DNA of 64,000 nt, from positions 1,920,001 to 1,984,000 of the forward strand of contig CBDBZU010000004.1 in assembly GCA_965213625.1 (NCBI GenBank), read 5' to 3'. Both the position numbers and the translations under genes were made by a program. Positions 32,121 to 42,111 of the stretch are shown here, one piece after another (positions within the stretch are counted from its first letter, which is position 1; every line of letters begins with the position of its first letter). The notes under the pieces were generated by a model. It ran no database searches. It worked only from the letters and a program-made list of their open reading frames with translations, and was not told the DNA's origin. This DNA comes from a bacterium (GTDB taxonomy: Bacteria; UBA8248).

Positions 32121-32573
32121 TCATCCACGGGCTTGGGGTTTCTCTCTTATCGGCGAGCGAGACGGCGTGATAATGTCGCAGGCCGGACCCGTAGCGCGGC
32201 CGAGCTTCCGGTCAAGCGTAATCAGCGGAGAGCCCAGCGCCTGGGGACGCGGGATTTCCCCGGATTGCTCCAGGTGGCACAGTATGTTGAACGTCTCGGC
32301 CAACACGAATTCAGGGGCGGCCAGGGAACCATCGGCGAGCGTCACGTCCGGTCCGCATCACGCGCATGCAAGATGGTGGCAGGTCGAGCGCGGGCGCCTG
32401 ACGCCTCCTTGCGGTCGCGAACGCCTTACAGCCATACCCCAATAGATGGCCGCGCAGCGATTCGCTCCAACTCGCAGGAATTCCTGCATGGATTGACGTT
32501 ACGACGCCGCGCGCGCGGCAAGCTCGTCTCGCACATCCTCGGGAACGCCTCTGATGGTGATTTGCACAGACAT
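32121..32573 (-). pseudogene. Degraded FitA/VapC-type TA pair
   Basis: ITIRGVPEDVRDELAARAAS*RQSMQEFL (antitoxin); APEFVLAETFNIL...PLITLDRKL (PIN domain with an internal deletion). Confidence 0.7.
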
Positions 32574-33456
32574 GAGATTATTATGCCATCATAAGACAAT
32601 GCTAGGTAACGGCGGCAGATAGCCGGATACGATGGGAAACCCGCGGAAAAGACGTCTTCCTTGAAGAACGATTTCGTCCGGGGAGAGCAACTCCCGCTGC
32701 GAGTTACGCCATATCAGGCGCATGGGGGTTGAGTCGTTGCGATCTCGGTGTGGAGTCCAGACGTATTATAATAAAGGAGACGACCCCGACCGCGCCAGGG
32801 TCTCACCTGGAATCTAGTTGAAATTCATGAATTTTGCAGATTTTCATGAAGACAGACAGAAACTCCATCACGGACATGGGTATGATGCGCATCTTGTTTG
32901 CCATGGTGCCTGACAATGGCCGGATATGCGTATTCTTCTGGCGAATCTCTCGCCGGTACGGAACAGAATACCGGGACTCCGATCGCGCAAGCAGCGTAGT
33001 CGGGAAATTAACGGAATGCCCGTTCGATATCCTTACAGTTCTCCCGTTCGGTGAATATCGATTCCTGTATGGGGAATGGGAACCATTATCACCAGGCGGG
33101 GAGAGAAGCCGAACGTATCCAACCGGAGCGTCGCAACTCATCGCCGGGTAAACGCTCTCGGGCGCCGCGCGTCACCGAATCATGCATGGGACGCTTCTAT
33201 CTCGAAAAAAGCCGCCCACGACTTTATATCAGGCCAAACCGTGCAATCGGTGACGGATGCAGGACAACCCGATTCGTCCGCCGATATGGTGCGGGAGAAA
33301 CGGTGCGAGACCCGCAGCGTGGTGCAGGGAGAAACATTACCCGCACTCGGATCAGGTTCGCTCAAAACGGGATTCGACAAGTTGCGCCGCAAGAGTTGCG
33401 CTGACACGCTTTCCTGCTAGAATCGCTCATTCCCCCCGAGAAATACCCCGCCCTGG

Positions 33457-34511
33457 ATGACCCGTAACGAGACGGAAGAATCGATGATGGCGACTGGATA
33501 TACCGGCGAGGCCTGGAACACGAAGGAATTCTTTGAGTGCGCTGGCGCGGCGGATACTCTACGCCGCCTGCAGGACGGAGCCGATGTCAACGCGCGGGAT
33601 GAGAGAGGATGGACGCCTCTTCACAGGGCGGCGGCGTTCGGCAAGACGCCCGGGGTCGTGACCGCCTTGGTCGAAGCCGGGTCCAATCCGAATGCGCGGG
33701 ATGAAGACGGAGCAACTCCCCTGCACGCAGCGGCGCTTGGCGCGACTCCCGGTGTCGTAACGGCTCTGGTTCAGGCCGGGGCCGATCCGAACGCAGGAGA
33801 AAAAACCGGATGGACCCCGCTGCACGCGGTGGCGGCGCGAAGCGCGAGCCCCGGAGTCGTGACGGCCCTGGTGCGGAGCGGGGCCGACCCGGACGCCCGG
33901 TCCATCAAGGGAGAGACGCCCCTGCACGAAGCTGCCGCCAGCTGCAGGACTCCCGGCGTCGTGCTCGCGCTGCTTCGGTCCGGCGCCGACGCGCGCGCAC
34001 GGAATCGGGAGGGAATGACGCCTCTGCACCGCACCGCTGGCTCCGGCGCGATCCCCGGCGTCGTGACGGTTCTGGCGCAGGCGGGCGCCGACGTGAACGA
34101 TTGCTTTGACGGAGTGACCCCCTGCACTGGGCGGCGGCGAACGGCGAAACCCCCGAGATGGCGAAGGCTCTCGTCCGGGCGGGCGCCGACCCAAACGCGC
34201 GCACCGGAGAGGGCGTGACTCCCCTGCGCTCTACGGCGGGCTCCGGCGCAACCCCCCGGATCGTAACGCTCCTCATCGACGCCGGGGCCGAGCCGAACGC
34301 CCGGGACCGGAAAGGGCGCACGCCCCTGCACGTGGCGGCGTGTTTCGGCAAGGCCGTCCCTGCCGTCGCGCAGGCCCTGCTTGCCGCCGGCGCCGAGCCG
34401 GCGACAAGGGAGGAGAACGAGGAAACGCTCCGGGATATCGTAAGGATTCTCCGCACAGGGGAACGGACGTTTTCCGGCGCTTTAAGGATGAACGGCGTCC
34501 ATAGCCGATAG
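33457..34511 (+). pseudogene. Ankyrin-repeat protein, frameshifted at a C5 run (34118-34122)
   Basis: Repeated GADPNAR..G.TPLH.AA units across ORFs 33457-34218 and 34158-34511. Confidence 0.85.
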
Positions 34512-35219
34512 AAATTGCGCGCGCGGCGTCACGCGAGGGGTTACTGTCCTTTTCGACCGCCCTCACCGGTTCCGCCCCTGAAATCGTGCCGAGGCGAGCA
34601 GGGGTGGACGCAGCACTTTCTACTTGTCCTGCCGAATGCGGCATCGGGCGCGCTCCCCCCTTTTATTTTTTCGTTTTCCCGCCAATTACGCGGTGAACAA
34701 CCCGGCGCGTAGCGCGCCCGGCCGCATCACGCAAGAACACGCTCCGGCGCCCAACTTCGAGTAAAATCGCCGCAGACGTCGTACGGACTCAGGTCCTTCA
34801 CGACGGGTCCGGGAAAAAAAAACCCTCCATACTCGAAACCGAATCATGAGCCGCCCCGACCCGCGCGCAAGGGCGAGAAGCTTTTCTTCCGCCGCACAAT
34901 AATTTCCTTTCCGGCCTACAGAACGGCGAATTCACCATCCCTTACTATGGCAATCCTTTGATTTGACGGCTCCAGCGCTCGTTCCCAAGTAAATTTTTCC
35001 AATAGGGCCCCAGTTTTTTGAATAACACCCTTGAGCGATCATGGTGGCAACTTTCCTATTGGGCATTCATGCGCAAAAGCGCAAGATACCTGAATCTTCA
35101 AAAGCATTTATCTCAGAGATGTTCAGATAACTTTATTGCCAAAATACTACCTCATCCTGAAATTTGACCCAATGCTCCACGATTCCCTGGAGACTCCTGA
35201 CTGATTTGTTTGAGCCCTC

Positions 35220-35555
35220 TCAGGTTAGTAGGCGTAGCGCGGTTTCAGGAGCCTTGTCGAGCAACTTCAGCAGGGCTCGCGCCGCGCCGGTCGGATAACG
35301 CTTCCCCTGCTCCCAATTTCGGATGGTCTCATGCGGCACGTCGATACGACGCGCCAGCTCGACTTGAGAGAGCCCCAGACGTCGCCGGACCCGGCGCGCG
35401 TACCGCGCCATGTCCTGCATTGCCTCGGCGTCGTCTTCCTGAATCTGCAAGGCGATCTCCGCCTCGGTAGTGGCGTCAACCACTGCAGGGTCGAACTGCC
35501 CCTTGGGGAAGGTTACCGGGTCGTCAGGATTAATCCTGACCTTTCTTATACTCAT
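35220..35555 (-). CDS. XRE HTH antitoxin (HigA/MqsA-like C-terminus)
   Basis: VRRRLGLSQVELARRIDVPHETIRNWEQGKRYPTGAARALL. Confidence 0.85.
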   Translation of the reverse strand: MSIRKVRINPDDPVTFPKGQFDPAVVDATTEAEIALQIQEDDAEAMQDMARYARRVRRRLGLSQVELARRIDVPHETIRNWEQGKRYPTGAARALLKLLDKAPETALRLLT

Positions 35556-35675
35556 AGTCCTCGACCTCCTTCTGGTTGGCCTTGCGGGCCGAAATGATGC
35601 GGATCGCAGAACCCCGGATCGTGTATATGACGACATACGCTCTCCCGTCGATCATGCCGAGCAGCCGAGTTCCAG
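35530..35675 (-). pseudogene. BrnT-like toxin C-terminal fragment
   Basis: LLGMIDGRAYVVIYTIRGSAIRIISARKANQKEVEDY. Confidence 0.75.
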
Positions 35676-36036
35676 CGGAGCTGTCAACTTGCTGTTTCGA
35701 CAAGCGAATCCGCTGGAATTACGGAGACGTGGCAGAGCGGTTCGGGAAAGCAATCGCCGGAGCCTGACGTGCTCGATATGCGCGGAGCATGAGTAAACCA
35801 GGCAATGATAGACGGCGAAATGGCTGGGCTGATTGGTCCACAGAAGGCTGATTTAATCCGTCGTCCTCTACCGGCTTTCTATTCAAGTGTCCATACAAGT
35901 GCCCCGGTCTCTTGTTTTGATTTAGCGTGATATGCTATCCGCTACATTTGTATTATTTTTAATTCGTCATCGTCAGTCTTGTTACAGCACGAAAAAATGC
36001 AATACGATTGCGAAAGCAATCATTAAATGATACTTT

Positions 36037-36846
36037 ATGTGCATGATAATGAATTCCCGTCGGCTAAACACCAAAGATTATATCAGAAACCTTCTCGCTG
36101 GCGGGCGCCATCACTTTACTTCAAGCGACGCTCGCGAGGCGCTCGGCGTATCAGCAGCAGCCGCCAAACTCGCTCTTTACCGGCTGTCCAGGCAAAACAT
36201 AATCGCCCAGCCCGCTAGAGGCTTCTACGTAATCGTTCCTCCGGAATACCTCTCTCTGGAGTGTCTGCCGGCGGACCAGTTTATCCCGGCGCTGATGGAG
36301 CACCTGGGGCAAACCTACTATTCAGGTTTGCTTTCAGCCGCGCAATACCACGGCGCGGCCCATCACCGGCCCCAGGAATTCCAGGTGCTGCTCGACAAGG
36401 CCCGTCGGCCGATCCGCTGCGGCCGGGTGCGCGTGGTCTTCATCGTCCGCAAGCATCTTCGGAACGTACCCGTACAAACCTTCAACACGCCCCGGGGCAC
36501 GATTCGGGTGTCGACGCCGGAAGCGACGGCCGTCGATCTCGTCGGCTATTATCACCATACAGGTGGACTCGACCAGGTGGCGACCGTTCTCTCAGAACTC
36601 GCAGGGCAGATCGACCCAGAGAAACTGGTGACGGCCGCGCAGACCGCGCCGATCACCTGGGCGCAAAGACTTGGATACCTGCTCACGTTCGTCAATGCCC
36701 GCGAACGGGTCGTCCCTCTGAAGGATTATGTCAGGAGAGAAGCCCGGCGAACGGTTCCGCTTCTCCCCGGCGCATCAAGCGAAGAAGCGCCTCGCGATGC
36801 GGACTGGAAGCTCCTCGTAAACACGGACGTGGAACCGGACCTGTGA
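36037..36846 (+). CDS. abiEi: Type IV TA antitoxin AbiEi
   Basis: RGFYVIVPPEY, YYSGLLSAAQYHGAAH, VSTPEATAVDLV and QRLGYLL motifs. Confidence 0.85.
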   Translation: MCMIMNSRRLNTKDYIRNLLAGGRHHFTSSDAREALGVSAAAAKLALYRLSRQNIIAQPARGFYVIVPPEYLSLECLPADQFIPALMEHLGQTYYSGLLSAAQYHGAAHHRPQEFQVLLDKARRPIRCGRVRVVFIVRKHLRNVPVQTFNTPRGTIRVSTPEATAVDLVGYYHHTGGLDQVATVLSELAGQIDPEKLVTAAQTAPITWAQRLGYLLTFVNARERVVPLKDYVRREARRTVPLLPGASSEEAPRDADWKLLVNTDVEPDL

Positions 36847-37682
36847 TCCCGCGCGACTATATCACCGAGTGGCGGGCGCAGGCGCCATGGGTGCAGGATT
36901 TCCAGGTCGAGCAAGACCTCGTCATCAGCCGGGCTTTGATAGCGATTTTTACTCACCCGACCCTGGGAGAAGCGCTGGCCTTCCGGGGAGGTACGGCGCT
37001 CTACAAACTCCACATTCATCCCCCGGCCCGCTATTCGGAGGACATCGACCTCGTACAGGTCAGGACCGAGCCGGCCGGGCCGATGATGGGAGCGGTTCGG
37101 GAAGCCCTCGATCCATGGCTCGGGAAACCGCAATACAAACAGACCAAAGGACGCGTGACATTCAATTACCGCTTTCAGTCCGAGGATGCGCCGCCCCTTC
37201 CGCTGCGGCTGAAAGTGGAAATCAATTCACGGGAACACTTTGCGGTCTACGGATTCACCCGGCTGCCCCTTACCGTGTCTTCGCGCTGGTTCGAGGGCAG
37301 TTGCGCGATCACCACGTATACGCTCAAGGAGTTGCTGGCCACCAAGCTGCGCGCCCTCTACCAGCGTCGTAAAGGCCGGGATCTTTTCGATCTTGCGGTC
37401 GCGCTCGAAACAGGGACTCTCGACCCGGATCGGGTCGTCGCCGCGTTTGTGAAGTATATGGAGCGAGACGGCCACGACGTGACGAGAGCCCGGTTTGAGC
37501 AGAACCTCCAGGCGAAACTGCGCGACCCGCGGTTCAACGCCGATATCGGCCCGCTTCTGGCGACCGGATTTTCCTGGGACGCCGATCAAGCTGCGGCAAT
37601 CGTCCGCTCCAGGCTGATTGCGCGATTGCCGGGTGAGCCGTGGCAGGGCGGCAAAGATAGCAAGGGAAACGCGGAGGGGTAA
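36843..37682 (+). CDS. abiEii: Type IV TA toxin AbiEii nucleotidyltransferase
   Basis: GTGA overlap; QVEQDLVISRAL, FRGGTALYK, RYSEDIDL, KVEIN and KGRDLFDL motifs. Confidence 0.9.
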   Translation: MIPRDYITEWRAQAPWVQDFQVEQDLVISRALIAIFTHPTLGEALAFRGGTALYKLHIHPPARYSEDIDLVQVRTEPAGPMMGAVREALDPWLGKPQYKQTKGRVTFNYRFQSEDAPPLPLRLKVEINSREHFAVYGFTRLPLTVSSRWFEGSCAITTYTLKELLATKLRALYQRRKGRDLFDLAVALETGTLDPDRVVAAFVKYMERDGHDVTRARFEQNLQAKLRDPRFNADIGPLLATGFSWDADQAAAIVRSRLIARLPGEPWQGGKDSKGNAEG

Positions 37683-38419
37683 AGGAGCGCGCAACCTGCG
37701 AGGATGGCTCGTTACTTTAGTCGGGGATGGGGTGACGGGCCTGTCTGCAAGTACTTGCCCCTCAACGATTTCTTGCCGGCAGCCATTCTTTACTCTCCAA
37801 GCGCCTCATCCTCAAGAATCTTTTCTTGATTCGATGTGTCGACACGCTCTCTTTTCATCGCCCACCAAGTATCGATTTCATTTTATAATCATTCCTGTGA
37901 TTGTGAATCCTGTTCTGAATTCGGCTTCAGGAACATGTGCTCAAGACGGAACGGGAATCGTTAAATTTCCGTATATATCCCGATTAACCTTGGTGAGCAG
38001 AGTGCGCAGCCCTTCCCAAAAGCCGGTTCGCGACAGCTTATCTTCGGGTATGCTACCCGGCCCTCAGAATCCCCTGATGAACATTAGGCCCACGCACTTC
38101 ACGACCCCGGTTTGCACCTGCTGTGCCGTTTACAAAAATGACGATCTTTTTGACTGTTACTGCGACCGTGATCCAAAAAGTGCTGCTCCGCTCCGTCGCG
38201 GACTGGCAACAGAATCGCCGGGGGATTTACTGGAGAGCCTCTTGCAAAACCCCATTGGAGCAGGGGATAAGTTGTGAAGGTTGGAGCGATTCAAGTGGAC
38301 AAGGGGGCGTTCCCTGCTATGTTGTGGTTATGAGCCCTACAACATCCTGAAGCGGAGGGAACGCCCCATGTCCCTGGTATCGAGTTTAAGAGAAGCCCGA
38401 ACCCAAAGACGAGAAGGCG

Positions 38420-38790
38420 AAACGGCCGAGCCGGCTGCAGCGGCAGTTGCGCATGGACCGCGACACGATGCTGGATGAGTTGCCGACGGCCCCGACGGTT
38501 GGCTTGAGGAAAAACGCGAAGGGCTTTCTTGAGACCTGGAGGGGTTACAAGCTGCATGTGGACGCCGCCGACTCCGGGGTTCCCATTAGCTGCCTGTTGA
38601 CCTCGGCCTCCCTGCATGACAGCTAGGCGGCCATCCCCCTGGCGACCCTGAGCACGGAACGGGTGACATACCTCTATGAACTGATGGATGCGGCCTACGA
38701 CAGCAAAGAGATCGGCCGGCACAGCTACCTCTCAGGTCATGTTCCGACCATCGACGTCAACACCCGCCGGGACAAGGAGCGTAAGAAACC
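38420..38790 (+). mobile_element. IS5/IS4-like DDE transposase remnant
   Basis: KNAKGFLETWRGYKLHVDAADSGVPISCLLTSASLHDS*AAIPL...LMDAAYDS. Confidence 0.75.
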
Positions 38791-39114
38791 GACATCTCCA
38801 ACAGCCGCACCAGCCGGGCGCCCAACCCGACGGGCAACGCCGCGATTTCGTCATCGACTCCAGATACGGTCTCGACCGTCCATTCTACATCTTCCATTTA
38901 TAGCACATATCCGCTATAATATCTCAATCCGGAGCAGAACGCTGCTTGCGGAGTTCCACGCCACAAGAACATGGAGTACTTCCCCATCGCCTCGAAATTG
39001 GAACGACCTCCGGAGAAACAAGTGCGACGGAAATTCTGCCGTATCGGGCAAGAACCGAATCTACATCGAAAAGGGTTCCCGAAAAACCCATGACCCCGGT
39101 CCGTTTTTTTCCGG

Positions 39115-39465
39115 GGCCATTCAAGTCGGCGGAAGATTGGGTCGCCCGGGGCGCATGAGCGCCACTCAAGATTGATTTTTTCTCGTAAAAATAATCTGCA
39201 TCCGGTCGGCGGTGAGACCCGCTTCGTCGCGGCCCGCCGGCAGACACCGGCGCGACGGGGTGCGCAGAACTTGTAATGAATCCGCTATCTTTATGATTAC
39301 GGGCCTTGAAACACAGAATCCACGCCATCTTGAAACAATAATAATAGGATATATATCAATTAGTTATAAGAATTCAACGCTATTCCAAATGAGTCCTCGA
39401 TCTAAAAAGTCGGAAAGAAATTCACTGAAAATCCCTTTTTCTATGTATTCAGGAGGACTCACTAA
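39115..39465 (+). repeat. Conserved lipoprotein leader, copy 5
   Basis: Aligns with 22355-22717. Confidence 0.9.
39354..39366 (+). promoter_or_regulatory. IHF-consensus site in the leader
   Basis: TATCAATTAGTTA fits WATCAANNNNTTR, with an upstream AT tract; one-mismatch versions in leaders 1-3. Confidence 0.45.
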
Positions 39466-41220
39466 ATGAAGTTCAGAGAGAAATCGATAAGCAAGCTTTA
39501 CGCTTTTGCCCTGGCGGCGGTCTTCGCGCTGACGCTGGCTGGCTGCGGCGGCGGCGGCGGAACTGCTGCCGTTGAAGAGCCGCCCCCGATGCCTGATCCG
39601 CAGATGGAATGCGTGGATGCGGGCGGCCGCTGGAATGCGGACAACACATGCACCACGGCTGCGCAACTGGAAGCCATGAAACTGACAGATGCACAAGCAG
39701 CAGCGCAGGCTGCTTACAATGCGGCAAAAGCTGCGGTTGACGCAGCGGAGGCGAATCGCGATTCCGACCCTGATTCCTACGATGCCGCTCAGCGGGCTCT
39801 CGGTGCGGCGGAGGCGGCGAACAGCGCTGCCCAGGCCGCCACCATGTCAGGAGCGGCAGAAGCTGCTCAGGCGGATGCGGAAGACGCCAGGGATAACGCT
39901 GTGGCGTATGCCGGCATGGTGAATCAGGCCAAGGCGGATGACGATGCGGTGGCGGCGGCTGCGGCGGCGCAAGCGGCGCATAACAAGATGGTGGAGACGA
40001 AAATAAAAGCCATTTCGAGTGAGGCCGGCTCTGCGGTTCGAGCTGCTGGTCAGCCGTTTGACGACAACGATGAGGGTGATGATAATGACAACTATGCCGT
40101 CAAAATTTCGCACAAGGACGGCTCGGTGTCGATTGAAATAGATGACCCCGAAATGCCTGCGAAAAACGATCCCCAATTCACAATGTCGGACGGCAAATAC
40201 GTTCGCGACAACGGCGGCGGGGTAACGGAAATCATCAGCGTCATGACCGATATCGATGCGCCCGTGGATACGCCGTTCGGCAAGGAGCATAAACTCACGC
40301 TTGGCGATGCCGACGAGGATAGGACTGGCGATCAATTTACCACTTATGCTGTCAAAGATACGGACAATGGCAAAGTTGCGTCGTCTGAATTTCCGTCAAC
40401 ACCGAACACAGAGAGAAGATTTGACGTTAACGAAGACGGTACAGATAAAAACGAAGGCCAGTTCAGAGGCACCTTCGACGGCGCCTCGGGAACGTTTGAG
40501 TGCGTTGCCAGTAGTGGAAATTGTGATGTTACGACAGACGCCAAGGGTAAGTTAGAGGCGTTGACTCCTGGTGACTGGGAGTTCACACCGGACGCCGGCG
40601 AAACGGTCTCAGTCGCGGATAACGACTTCATGCACTATGGCTTCTGGATCAAGAAATCCACCAAGGACGGGGTGACCACTTATGACGAGGTGCAGACCTT
40701 CGCCGGTCATAGTAAGCCTAGGACCACGAATTACGCCCAAGTCGTAGACGGTTCCGCCAAGTACGAAGGCGGCGCACACGGGGTATACACGTACAATACC
40801 TTCAACGCCGACTCTTCTGTTGACGCCAGATCTGCCGGAACGTTCACGGCGGACGTTGCCCTTACGGCGTACTTCGGCGCGCAAAGTTCCGTGGCAGCGG
40901 ATAAGCACAATAAATTGGAAGGCACCGTGTCGAATTTTGAACTATCCGGTGGCGAACCCAACAAATGGGAACTCACATTGAGATCATCGGCAGAAGCCAA
41001 TATTTCAAATTCTGCCAGATTTACTGACGGCGTAGCGTCAGTAAAGGGACAGGCAGATGCCGCATCATGGTCCGCCTCATTCCATGGCGATGGAGCAGCC
41101 GTGGATGGCAATAATACGGGAACTGTAGCGCCGCCCCCGGCTGTGGTGGGTGAGTTCAACGGTAACTTTGCCAACGGAAGCGTGGCCGGCGCATACGGCG
41201 CAACCTACCAGAAGGACTAG
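39466..41220 (+). CDS. Surface lipoprotein paralog 5 (TbpB-like C-terminal barrel)
   Basis: 584 aa; LAGC lipobox; FMHYGFWI, AKYEGGAHGVY, GTFTADVALTAYFG; C-terminal GEFNGNFANGSVAGAYGA. Confidence 0.88.
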   Translation: MKFREKSISKLYAFALAAVFALTLAGCGGGGGTAAVEEPPPMPDPQMECVDAGGRWNADNTCTTAAQLEAMKLTDAQAAAQAAYNAAKAAVDAAEANRDSDPDSYDAAQRALGAAEAANSAAQAATMSGAAEAAQADAEDARDNAVAYAGMVNQAKADDDAVAAAAAAQAAHNKMVETKIKAISSEAGSAVRAAGQPFDDNDEGDDNDNYAVKISHKDGSVSIEIDDPEMPAKNDPQFTMSDGKYVRDNGGGVTEIISVMTDIDAPVDTPFGKEHKLTLGDADEDRTGDQFTTYAVKDTDNGKVASSEFPSTPNTERRFDVNEDGTDKNEGQFRGTFDGASGTFECVASSGNCDVTTDAKGKLEALTPGDWEFTPDAGETVSVADNDFMHYGFWIKKSTKDGVTTYDEVQTFAGHSKPRTTNYAQVVDGSAKYEGGAHGVYTYNTFNADSSVDARSAGTFTADVALTAYFGAQSSVAADKHNKLEGTVSNFELSGGEPNKWELTLRSSAEANISNSARFTDGVASVKGQADAASWSASFHGDGAAVDGNNTGTVAPPPAVVGEFNGNFANGSVAGAYGATYQKD

Positions 41221-41280
41221 TAATAAAGCAGGACACCTTGAGTCTCCGGGGCTTCACGGCCCCGGGGCCGGGGCGAGTTG

Positions 41281-41887
41281 TGAAGGAGAACGAATAGGGG
41301 GGTTGCTCGTTGGTTGCTCTCTCGTGATGGGTAAACTGTACCGCTCCTGGCTATGAGTTTGAGTCCTCGAGCCGGGAACGGGAACAACGAGCAACCCCTG
41401 TTCTTCTTCATGCACCAAGAGAAAAAGGGACTGCCCCCCTCTCCAGGAACAACCCGGGATAGAGAGGGCGGGCGGTCCCTTTCTTATGTGGACATCTTTC
41501 AAGCTATTCGGTGTAGATGCAGGAGTTTTCCGCTCTCGCTTCCGTTCTCCCGTGCCACGTATGTCTTTTCTTATTTGTGTCTGTCTGTCGCAAGAACACC
41601 AGAAAACCCCTGGCGGGTTTTCGCATCCCCCATCTCAAGGGAGCATATCATCGCACCATTTGATCCATGTCTTCGAAGCCTACCTCATGAATCGATTAAT
41701 TTGACTTTAGGAATTTACTGATTCATGTTCCCGCCAGCGCGGAGATGAAGCGGGGAAGCCTGAGGATGTATTCACTGGGAAACCACCTAACCTAGCGCGG
41801 AAAGAGTCTGCTTTCGCCGGGAGGCGACGGCGCATCCTGCGTTCCCGCCCCCTAGGTATCCGGTTCCGGCGGAAGACGCATGCCTTG
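41281..41887 (+). repeat. Conserved lipoprotein trailer, copy 5
   Basis: Full-length copy with the junction element (41299-41398) and a long hairpin (~41424-41482). Confidence 0.9.
41299..41398 (+). ncRNA. Candidate three-way-junction structured RNA (also 18832-18931, 24847-24946, 29142-29242, 6749-6855)
   Basis: Closing stem GGGGTTGCTCGTTG/CAACGAGCAACCCC with two internal stems and an invariant loop TTTGAGTC. Confidence 0.6.
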
Positions 41888-42111
41888 ATCGCATGTCTGA
41901 GCGTGTCTGTCGTAAAACGTCGAAATTCCGTTTTCTATCTGGTTGAAATCCTCATGTTTTCGTATTATATTCGTAATTAAGGACCGACAGGAGCGCGGCG
42001 GGAAATCCCCGCCGCCGCTCCCGCGACACGCATGATGGGGAGAACACTTCTTTGGGAATCTGCACACGAGACAGAAACCGCACCGGCTGGAGGGTCTTCC
42101 TCGATCCCGGA

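Noticed and set aside
31600-33450. Short overlapping ORFs in 31.6-32.1 kb and 32.8-33.4 kb
   Set aside because: No recognisable motifs or clear RBS; cannot be supported from sequence alone.
36261-36842. Extended 473-aa AbiEii start
   Set aside because: Overlaps abiEi; the GTGA-coupled start at 36843 gives the family-typical N-terminus.
18947-41220. Diversity-generating retroelement as the source of lipoprotein variation
   Set aside because: No reverse transcriptase in the window and no template/variable repeat pair differing only at adenines; divergence spans whole domains.
41299-41398. Trailer element as an integron attC site or hammerhead ribozyme
   Set aside because: The ends read GTT...AAC, opposite to attC (RYYYAAC...GTTRRRY), and no IntI is present. 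The junction CTGTA/GAAC lacks the hammerhead CUGANGA/GAAA core.
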